From positions 8,248,001 through 8,312,000 of the forward strand of contig NC_087251.1 in assembly GCF_037042905.1 (NCBI RefSeq): a DNA stretch of 64,000 nucleotides, given 5' to 3'. Made by a program: the position numbers and the translations under genes. This stretch comes from Lytechinus pictus (taxonomy: Eukaryota). Numbering within the stretch: position 1 is the stretch's first letter; every line of letters begins with the position of its first letter. Below, piece after piece: positions 39,601-50,700 of this stretch. Under the pieces are notes generated by a model, which saw only the letters and a list, made by a program, of their open reading frames with translations, was not told the origin of the DNA and searched no databases.

Positions 39601-41764
39601 TTGGGGACCTGCATGTTAGGCTGCAGTCAGAGGTCACCTTGTAAGGTCAAAGGTCATTTTCAGGTCAACGTTAAAGTTTACTTGCAAGACTCTTATGACA
39701 CCTAACTCCGCAACCGTTAGTCGCTTTTCAACCGAACGGCTGCAGTCAGAGGTCACATTGTAAGGTCAAAGGTCATTTTCAGGTCAACGTTAATGTTTAC
39801 ATGCAAGACTCTCTTATGACACCTAACTCCGCAACCGTAAGCCACTTTTCAACCAAACTTGGATGGTAGATTGACTTGGGAGACCTGCATGTTATGCTGC
39901 AGTCAGAGGTCACATGGTAAGGTCAAAGGTCATTTTCAGGTCAACGTTAATGTTTACATGCAAGACTCTCTTATGACACCTAACTCCGCAACCGTAAGTA
40001 ACTTTTCAACCAAACTTGTATGGTAGATGGACTTGGGGACCTGCATGTTAGGCTGTTGTCGGAGGTCACTTTGTAAGGTCAAAGGTCATTTTCAGGTCAA
40101 CGTTAATGTTTACATGCAAGACTCTCTTAAGATACCTAACTCCGCAACCGTAAGTCACTTTTCAACAAACTTGGATAGTAGATGTAGATGTACTTAGGCG
40201 ACCTGCATGTTATGCTGCAGTCAGAGATCACATGGTAAGATCAAAGGTCATTTTCAGGTCAACATTAAAGTTTACGTGCAAGGCCCTTATGACAAGTGTT
40301 ATTCCATCCCAGTCATTTCACAATGAAGTTTTGATACAATTCTGTTGCGTGCCCTCGCAAATCACGATATTTCTGGTTATTTTCATAAGTGGGCTAGACA
40401 CAAAATCGCTTTTGCCTTGTTTTCAAATCAATATCTTTATTTTTCAGGGACCTTGTAAAATTAAGTCTGTTCTATAATTTCTGTAAAATCCTCACACCTC
40501 CTGCATTCATTCATTCATTCATTTAGTAATACATAAAAGAGACTCTTTCTAATCACAAATATCATATGGATATAGCTTGCCCGACGACTAGGAGCCAACC
40601 GACCGTTTTTATTGTAAATGATAAAACAAATATCGAACTTGCAGAACACCGTTCTTGATAGATATTAGGAATATTATGCGACAAGTCAGACCAGTTGAAA
40701 AAACCAGAGGTAAAACTCGATGAGCAAAAACTCTGGAAAAACTGTGAGAGACTATTGCAAAACCCCCCTGTAAATTTGTTTATCAGATTTACCATAAAAT
40801 GTAAGAATTTGAACACTTTCACTTTGCAAATTTTAAATTCTGTAAATTTGTTGTGACGAAGAGAACAAGCTAGAATGATACGCCCAACGTATCCCTACCG
40901 CATATTATCCTTTCTTTACGCGCTCCAATGCACCAATGCACTTTTAACTACATTCCACGGAGGCTTCGAACCCCATTGACCATGCATTCCTGCAAAGTTT
41001 ACGAACAATAACGAAACAAACAACATTTACCTGCTATACAACCGTACCGCAGGTAAATAATAGTCTGTTCTATAATTTCTGTAAAATCCTCACACCTCCT
41101 ACATTCATTCATTCATTCATTTTAGTAATACATAAAAGAGACTCTTTCTAATCACAAATATCATATGGATATAGCTAGCCTGACGACTAGATTTCAAAGA
41201 AAGGGGGCAAAGCGGGGAGGGGAAAATATTAGGCAGTTAATTGTTTTCGTAACCTAGCAACATAAAACAGGTTGCGATATACATGTATATTATTATTATC
41301 ACATCAACCATGTATCAAAAATTTGATCTAAATCTTATTAGTATTATTTAGTTTTACTTATTATATCTTATTTGCATTTATACATTTAACTTTTGGAAAT
41401 ACCATTAGCACTGAATTGAATCCTTAAAACCAGATTACAAACGGCTCATATTTGGCAAATACTCCTTATTAGGATACCAATATTGTCAAGCTGAACTTTG
41501 AATTGTAAAACACATGACATTCAAAACACTTAACGATGAAACTGAATCCATTTTGTCAATGTTTCTATATGATTGACACTTGGCTATCGAGGCATTAAAG
41601 TAATGAATCTAATTTGATAATACCTAGTGGCCTTTCTTTCTGGATATCTAAAAACCATAAAACATACCTCCTAATAATTATGTTAAGAATGGTAAAATGC
41701 TTTCTTCTTTTTCTTCATTTTCTTTTTTGTCTGTTTTGACTTTATGATTATTACCTCTACTAAC

Positions 41765-41795
<31 letters not shown>

Positions 41796-44700
41796 TTATT
41801 ATTGATATGTAAAGAATCACAAATTTAACGATTTTGTAACCAACAATTTGTGGCTGATACTATCGTCAACGTATCCATCTTTTGCATTTTCACTCCTCCA
41901 TCGTCCATGCCTTTTCCATAATCTATCTGGCACGGATGCCCTGGCAGCTGCAGTAGCCCCACCGGCTCTTAGAGAATGCAACCCTAAGTTTGCTTGACCA
42001 CAAACTTCCGTCATCCTATCTACCACCATTTCCCGAGCTCTGGTGTAACTGATTTTCTTATTTTTCTTCACAAGACATCGTTTTTCTTTATTACAATAAC
42101 CAGGCTTGAACAGATAATGATCTGAACTTTCCGCAATACCAGCTAAATCAATGTATTTTCTTAGAACCTTGATAGGACAAGCACTAGAATGTCCTCTACT
42201 AATCAAAACTTCATTCCCTCTTCTATATTGATCAGTTTTACTCTTATGGACATTCACAGAAACAAAAGATTCGTTGAAAACAATATCTGAAACCTTAAGT
42301 GACTGCACCTCGTCAAATCTAAGAAATCCAGTATAGCTGATTACGATGAATGCAAGATCCCTCCAAACTAAAACATCTGACGAATCTTCGTACTTGTCGC
42401 ATAACTCAACTATCTGATCTGATGTTACGATGTCCTTCTTGATTACTGGTCTCGCATTCAGCCTTTTAGCACTTTCTAGAAGGTTTTTTACGAATGCATT
42501 GTCCGTAGGATCAGACATACCCGAGATGCTATGCGCCCATTTGATGCTGTAAAGTGCTGATTGGATAACGCTAACAGATGAACCCTTATCTATGAGGCTG
42601 GAGATATATAAGGCTACGTGAATGGGCTCCGCTGGCATGGCCTTACCCCCTTCTGAAGAAATAAAAATGCTCCCTTTTTTTAATGCTGCCATGTATTTTG
42701 AAGACGTACCTTCGCTCCTCGCTCCGATAAGTTGGCTTGCCATAACGCCCATCAGCTTCTCAAGATTCGGAGATTTCACACCAGTATCATGTAGCAGATC
42801 CGAGATAACCTCCTTGACATTTAGACCTGTATTCATGTAAAAGAAAAACATGCGTCTGATCTAGAATCGTACCTTCAAAGCAATTAGATTAAAATTACTT
42901 TTAACATTTCCAAAAATTCCATTTTTACCTTTGCCTTTGGTAACTGATTTTGAAGAGATAATCTCGTAATCTTTAATAAAGACTCGGAATCTTTCACCAT
43001 CCCAAATCTTAGGCCAAAAATAAGCTGACTTCCAGAAAGGCACCATAAGCGTGCCGCTTGCCTTTTCTCGCATTATCTTATCCATGACTTGAGCGATCAA
43101 ACGAGGTGGTGGAACCCACCAATTTAAGGACGTTCCACAGTTAAAGTGAAATCCATGTCATTTTCACCAAACTTTGCACATAGATACTTTAGAACCTTAA
43201 TATTCGAAATATGCAAAAATTAACATAGGTCCATGTGCTTGATTTTTTGCTATAGAGCTTCAAAGTTCACCCAAATTGATGTTCTTAAGAATTGCGCATT
43301 CAAAAGAATTTTGCATTTTTAGACCTCCCAAGATTACTACAATGAGTTTAAACCTCTATTACTCAGTCAGAATACATGAAAAAGTCATCAAATTTCGCAA
43401 GAGAGTTAATAATTGTATCGTTATAATGGAGAATCTATTCATAGTGCTATTTGTTTGCAATTTTAAGTTTAACAGCGCTCTCATTTCTTTAAAAAGGCGT
43501 AAACGATAACAAAATCCCAATCTAAAAAATGTAAAATTTCAGTAACAAACTACAAACGTACAATAAATGCTGCACTTTATTCAAAATCCATGTCATTTTC
43601 ACCAAAATTTGCAGAGTTGTAGAGGAAGGTATACCTAAGAGGTACAAACATTAAAAAATAGGGGTTCATGTGCTTGTTTTTAAACTATCAGCATTTTTAT
43701 TAGAGCAAATGTGCTTTTTAAAACACCAAAAATGCGCCGAATGCTTTGTATCTATGTGAAGAAAAAATAAAAACCACTCTACTATGTATTCAAACTTGGG
43801 GTAATATTCGTGATTCTTGGCAGCAATGCAGAGTAAAGTATTTTGAAATTGTAGAATTTTTTTTTTGAATGGTCCATGGAACAATTCCATTTTTTAGCTT
43901 CATGAAATGACGCATCGGATCTGCAGTTAAAGTGCAGAAGATGAGAAAAATCAGCTCAAACCCGCAGCTAATTAATCACCTGTTCATCCATTGTGACGTC
44001 AGCGCGCAGAGTGTAAACTATGCGCAGATCATAATGCGCACAAACATTACTGTGGAACGTCCTTAATGCACCATCCCAGTCTTGTGAGAATGCATCTATA
44101 CCACTTGTTCCAATACACCAAGCTCTAGAATTAAACATTTCACATTTAGTATTATAATTGCTAGCAAACCTATCCCACACGTGTGGCCCCCATCTCTCAT
44201 TCAAACTATAGAAATTTTTCCAACTGATATGCCAATCATCGCTATCGGTGACACGACTGAGTCTGTCTGCTTTTTGATTTTCTTTTCTGGGTATCCACAC
44301 GGGATATATCTTCATATTCTTCTCTTCACAAATGCTCTCTATTATCATAGCTTTCCTCTGAAGCTCAGGGTTTCCACTCCCTGCTTTCACAATTTTCACA
44401 GCATTCTTATTATCTGTATACCATCGTACATTGAGTCCTTCTACGTGAAATTTCAATGTCATGGCCATTCTCACAAAGGCCTCGAGCTCCCTCCAAGTCG
44501 AGCTCTGAATCTTCTCTGATTCTGACCACGTTCCCACCACTTCCATATCGTAACCATCTACATATCCACCATAACCAAAATCGGATGCGTCTGTGAATAC
44601 AGAGAAATGGCAATTTAAAGCTGACTGCATGGGCGCAATGTTTAAGCGATGTATATTACCCTTCCAGAACATTAGTTCTGCCATAACTTCTGGAGTAATT

Positions 44701-47700
44701 AGCACTGGAGCATTCCAACCTGCTCTTGTATTAATACAATGAAAACAATTCCTAGTTCTCAGTTGCGCTAAGGGACCCATTACTGTGTACATTGATGCAA
44801 TAATTCCCGTTATGCGGGCTAGAAATCTAACAGATACGACCGGGTTCAAATTGACTTTGGCTATAAAATCTGATATTGAAGTCTTAAGTTCTTCAACTCG
44901 TTTAACCGTTATGCTAACCTGAAAACTATGGAAGTCCCAGTCTAAGCCCAACCATTTAGCCTGTGGTTTTGGCTCCCAATCACATTTCTTGTTTGCCAAC
45001 AAGAAACCTAATTTTCTCAAGTCCAATTGCACATGCTCACTAAATGATTTTGCCTCTTCCAAACCATCAAGACCTGCTATGCCATCATCCAGAAACATTA
45101 TAGCCTTATGCCCTTGGTTTCGCCAATGAGATACTACTGGCCTCATTATCTTGGAGAATACATAACCCGCGGTCGACAAACCGAATGGCAGTACATTAAA
45201 GACGAAATATCGTCTCATCCCGTTGAAATTCCATGCAAAGCCCAGGTATTCTTTATGATCATCATGTATTTCGATATGGTGATATGCCGATTTTAAATCG
45301 TAAGTAAAAACAAAATCCCCTTTTTCGAAAACATCGCAAACAGCCTTGGCGTCCTCGTACTTAAATTTCTGCTTGAACAGATGCGGATTCACGTGCCTAC
45401 AATCGAGCACCATTCTTAATTTTGCCTTGTTCAGGCATGACAATTCTCCGCGTTTCCGCGGATTTCCGCGTTTTACTTTTTTGTTTGCTGAATTTCCATT
45501 TTTTTTACTCCTAAAACCCCCACCGGGGCGTTGCCCCTGGACCCCACCCGTTAGCAGCGAGCGGCAAGCCGCTCGCCCGGTGGGCTTCGCCCACCGTCTT
45601 GTCAACGACATTTCCAAAACCCTTTCAGCTTTTTTTTTCATACCCAATTTTCATGCCTGCTTGTTATTGGACACTGTTAGAGGATTAATCACTTTTGGTT
45701 TCTTTTTTAGCTCACTTACACACCCCTTTTTGATTAGCTTTCCGATTTCTTCCTCTACAAAAGATGAATTTTCGATTGCTGATCGATTATTTCTTAAATC
45801 TTCATTGTCAGGCATTGTCATGAAAGGTTATACATACCCCTTATCTAAAATAGATAGTATTTCAGAATTTGCACAGTCCTATTTCTTTCCAATAATCACT
45901 GCCTTTTTTCAACCTTCCTACCGGAGATGGACTTTTACATTCATCATTCTCAGTATTATCACACTCATGTATACTCTCATCCTTGTGAGCCCGATTACAT
46001 AAATAATGAGAAATATCACTTAGCTTGTTAAATTGACTTGACACGGGACTGGCATAACTTGATCCGGTTTCCTTGCATTCTGCCCTCCAATGACCAGGTT
46101 TGCCGCACGAGAAACATGCTCCGGGTTTCTTCCCCGAAAATGGCGAGGCGTTGACAACAAAGGCGGATCCTGAAGAAGAAGTGCTGTTCTGCTGATTAGC
46201 ACCAAAATAGGGACGATATGGGGAGAATCGGGACACTCTTTTTCTGAAGAAGCTTTCCCGCCTTTTTCTTTCTTTGGGCCCTAGCTTCAGCTCTCATGAT
46301 CCGCTTCTCGTCATCTGAATCGTCGGCCAAATCGTTTCTCACGTACTCGTCTACCGTAGTCCATCCGCCTTCAGAACTGTCCGCAAGCTTGATTATCTTT
46401 TGCCTGTACTCAATTAACTCCATACCTTCAGCTAGTTTTGATCTTCTCCTTTGGCTCCGTCATGTTCTTCACTCAGTAGGACGTCAGCTTGCTTGATTTT
46501 CCTCAACACCTTCGAATTTAGCTTGTATTGTTCCTCGTTACCCCTACGTCGGATATTGAACTCGTCTTTGCTTACTTCCTCTATTTTGGCTATTTGTATG
46601 TCGCTGAGGTCACGCTGGTTTTCGTTTATCTTCTGTTGGAAACTGCCCAGCTTTGAATATATTAGCTTATCAAGCTGGTTTAAGAGCCCAGCCTGGCTTT
46701 CTTTTATTTTTATTTCGACGAAATTCGCAACTGCGGACGGCTCCATAATGTCGTGTCGTGACGAAGAGAACAAGCTAGAATGATACGCCCAACGTATCCT
46801 TACCGCATATTATCCTTTCTTTCCGCGCTCCAATGCACCAATGCACTTTTAAAGGTCAAGTCCACCCCATGAAAATGCTGACTTGAATAAATAGAGAAAA
46901 ATCAAACTAGCATAGTGCTGAAAATTTCATCAAAATCGGATGTAAAATAAGAAAGTTATGACATTTTAAAGTTTCGCTTATTTTTCACAAAACAGTGATA
47001 TGCACAACTAGGTGAGTCAGTCGATGATGTCCATCACTCACTATTTCTTTTGTTTTTTATTGTTTGAATTATACAATATTTCATTTTTTTGAGATTTGAC
47101 AATAAGGACCAACTTGACTGAACCATATAGTATTAAACAATGCTAATGCCACATGTTTAAGGAGGAATTAATCGTTGTATCACTTGACAACGAGGAGAAA
47201 ATTAGAATATTTCATATTTGACATAATGAAATACAAAAGAAATAGTGAGTGGATGACGTCATAGTCTCCTAAATTTGCATACCAGCCAGGATGTGCATAT
47301 AACTGTTTTGTGAAATTCAGCAAAACTTTAAAATGTCATAACTTCCTTATTTTACATCCGATTTTGATGAAATTTTCAGTGTTATGCTTGTTGGATTTTT
47401 CTCTTTTTATTCAAATCAACTTTTTATTGGGGTGGACTTGTCCTTTAACTACATTCCACGGAGGCTTCGAACCCCATTGACCTTGCATTCCTGCAAAGTT
47501 TACGAACATTAACGAAACAAACAACATTTACCTGCTATACAACCGTACCGCAGGTAAATGATATTTTGTACAGCTCGTATTCAAATTTACAACAGAGATA
47601 AATCTTGGTCATGATAGTTATTTCATAACTTCAAATCTGGATTTTAAATTGGAATTGCATGTCTATGAACATCATTATACATCGTCAGTTTTGTCATGTT

Positions 47701-50700
47701 ATCTAAAGCTCCACAAATGTACATAACTAACTCTTAAAACTTGAACATGTTTCAGATTGCCTCTTGATGATTCAGTTGGTAATCCAATCTATGCAGAAGC
47801 AGCTGTATCAGGCAAGAAGAAAGAAGCTGTTGTAGCCTGTGCCTTAGAAGCTTGTCGTATCCTGGATGCTCATGGAGTACTCAGACAAGCTACACATGGT
47901 ATGATCACAAACATGCTTTTGCTTCTATCATTTTTGTCACTTCTTAGACCTACATGTACATGCATTCTATAAAATGTGACTGTAGATAAGTCATGATGGT
48001 TTTTTTCTGTGATTCAAATGAAGAAATTAAGATTTGAGGAAAAAGAAATGTTTTGTGTGACTTCACCTTAGTTTCTGAATTAAGGCTTGTACTCACTACT
48101 TCAGAGGCTGTGTCACATATGAAATTCATGTTGATTGTCAATGCAGATCTTGGCGTAGTGATCACAACTTGTTATAGACTTTATGGGCAATTATTGTCCT
48201 TCAATGCAATTATTCTCTACTAGCAGAGCCCGTGGAAATTCCACGGGTTTTGGGGGTGTGATTAAGTTAAATAGAATTTGTTGTAGATTGACATGTTTAT
48301 TCAAGATAGGGAAAGAAATAAACATTTGAATTTTTTAAGGGAAGGTTGTGGTTTGAAAGGAATGTGAAAGTTAGCTTTTTATTTGAAGTCGTAATTTGTT
48401 TTGAAAAATATATGATTGATTAAAGGTAATAGTGAGAAAGTAAAAAGTGATAAAGAGTATAGGATTATGGTTAATAAAAGAAATGCAGATAAGAGAATTA
48501 AAATGCTATTGAAGTTGGACGAATATGATATTTAGTTAAAGAAGCGTTTAAAAATATTGCCCCTCATTTTAACTATAAAAAGGGAAGTTTAAAAAGTAGT
48601 TGGTTTTGGAGGATTTATATTAACCCTTTTATTTACTTGTTCAACGTATTTCATTGCATTAGCTGATATTCATTTTATCGCCCCCGCTTTTTATTTTATT
48701 TTATTTTTTTACTGTTTTTTATTTCTATTGGTCCCAAAAAGTAAAGAAGGAAGAAAACATTTTAAAATGACGCAAGTTTATTTATTTTTTTATTATTATT
48801 TTTTTTTTGTCCCCTTTATCACTAAAAAAAAAGGATTAAAGAAAGAAAATAATAAGGAAGTATAAAGGAAAGGAAGGACGAAAGAAAAGAAAGAAGTGAA
48901 AAGTAAAGAAAGGATAAATAAAAGGGAAAAAGAAAGAACAAAGTGAAAGGAGTCAAAGGGAAAAAATGTAAAATAAAAGAAAAAGAAAAAAGTATGAAAG
49001 CAATGGGGAAAAAACAAAGAAGCCGTAGTTGCGATATGGACTGAAGTTAGCGATCATAATGATGTGAACCTGCCGCGTGGACACACAGGCGGCGCAGCGC
49101 AAACTGCCCCATCCTTCGCGAGGCAGGTTCACATTATTGTGATCGCTAACTTTAGTCCATATCGCAACTACGGCGAAGACGAAGTCCAACTGAGAATTCA
49201 AACGAAGGTGTCGATCGGCTGAAATTCAGGTTATGGATTGATTAGACATTTGGGAATAAAATTATTATATTGTGCCAAAATTAATTGGCGAAAATCACCC
49301 GGTGCGAAAGTGCATTTCAGTTGTGACAGAATGCCAAAATCTCATTTCACGTTCACTTTAAATTCTACACATGATTCAAATTAAGGCTCGCCATGTTTTA
49401 TATATATGTCCTTTTAAATGGTATTCGAATGTGGTTACGCCTTGTTTTTGTTTTCCACAGTAATTATTGCATGTAGGAACAGAAGTGAAATATTTGTTGT
49501 GAAGCACTGTGTGAATGTTGTGTGATCATGGAGCTATGGTGTGATGGTATTCTAATTAATTCATCATTTTTGTTATAAGACTGTAAACCTGGTGGATGTG
49601 AGGGAGTGGCCTGGATGAAAGGAAAGTGAAAATGTGTCCAATTACTGATTTGCATATGTGCATTCCCTACATTCCATGCAAAGAGTAAAGGAGAAGTCCA
49701 CCCCACCAAAAAATTAATTTGAATTTAAGGAAAAATAAAGTATTGCAGAAAATCTCATAAAACTATATGATTCAAAATTTAAAAAATTACTATTTTGACA
49801 TTGAGAAATTTGCCTAATTTTACAAAACAATTATATGCTCATCTTGGTCAATGTGCAAATTACAGAACCGATTATGTCACACACACTCTAATTTCTTGTG
49901 TATTTTTTTTTGTTTGATACATGTACATGACATGTGTATTTCATTTTAATTTTCTCATTTTCTTTAACAAATTTTGAGAGGGATTTTAATTCCTCCATTA
50001 ACATTCGTAGTTTCCATGAATGTAACATTTTGTGATTCGATGAAGAGTTTTTATATCAAATTTGCTAAAATTGATATAATAAAATGCAACCAAAATTTAG
50101 AAAGTAATGTGATGTGAGTGACATAATCAACTCTATTTGCATACCATTGTTTTGTGTATATAACTGTTTTGTGTTAAAAAAGGGAAATTTCTCTATTAAT
50201 TTAAAGATTTTTTGTGCACTTGACCTTTAACTCACTTCCCTTCCCACCCTTGCCCAAGTAAGTGTAATCAAGAACTTGAAAATCATAAGTGATTAAGAAG
50301 AAGTAAGATTTAATCATAGTTATTAATAGCTCCATGATTTAATAATACAGGCCTAAATAGAAATTCACATGAAAGTAAAAAGAGAATAAAGCTGGGTAGG
50401 AACGGGGAAGGAATATGATTTAAAGAAAAAGCAAAAATATATCCACACCACCCCCCGAAAAAAAAATAGAAAAAAAACACGTTTTGGCGGGATCGATCCA
50501 GGGTCCCTGCACACGTGAAAACACTGTGCTAACGTAAGTCGCCACAGATCGCTTTCACAACACAATTGGGTTTTTAATGCTATATGAAATTTTGTAAGTC
50601 TGTGCGCCGCTGTTGACCAATCAGAACGCGGCGTTCGGAGCTAGACGACCCACGTGACGCGTCTGTCGTCTGTCATGGTCGAATGTCGGGCTACAACACA

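Larger units (their letters stand above)
42861..45930 (-). pseudogene. pol ORF (reverse transcriptase, RNase H, Dam-like methyltransferase), disrupted
   Basis: [48 protein letters not shown]. RNase [91 protein letters not shown]. Interrupted by insertions at 45432-45659 and 43128-44062. Also has an in-frame stop (GYV*PF, ~45828) and a frameshift near 45875. Confidence 0.9.
40464..47559 (-). mobile_element. Tyrosine-recombinase retrotransposon (DIRS order, PAT-like) with split direct repeats; full length but degenerate
   Basis: Order on the element strand: A1 (47559-46758, interrupted), gag, RT/RH/MT, YR, B1 (41190-41062), A2 (41058-40853), spacer, B2 (40591-40464). A copies differ by about 4 substitutions in ~206 bp. 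B copies differ by about 3 substitutions and 1 indel in ~128 bp. No TSD is visible. Split direct repeats together with an MT domain fit PAT-like better than Ngaro (no MT) or DIRS1 (inverted repeats). Confidence 0.9.

Noticed and set aside
41817..45647. Prophage, bacterial integrase + RT system (retron/DGR), or horizontal transfer
   Set aside because: Domain order gag-CCHC, RT, RNase H, MT, YR with split direct repeats is fully explained by a eukaryotic DIRS-order retrotransposon.
43968..45647. 559-aa ORF as an intact protein
   Set aside because: Its first ~70 aa come from the 45432-45659 MITE and its last ~30 aa from the 43128-44062 element. Only the middle is real pol.
45346..46002. 218-aa plus-strand ORF
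   Set aside because: Antisense shadow of pol that runs through an inserted MITE.
50475..50545. tRNA-like remnant on the minus strand inside the Helitron
   Set aside because: Too degenerate to support as tRNA or SINE.
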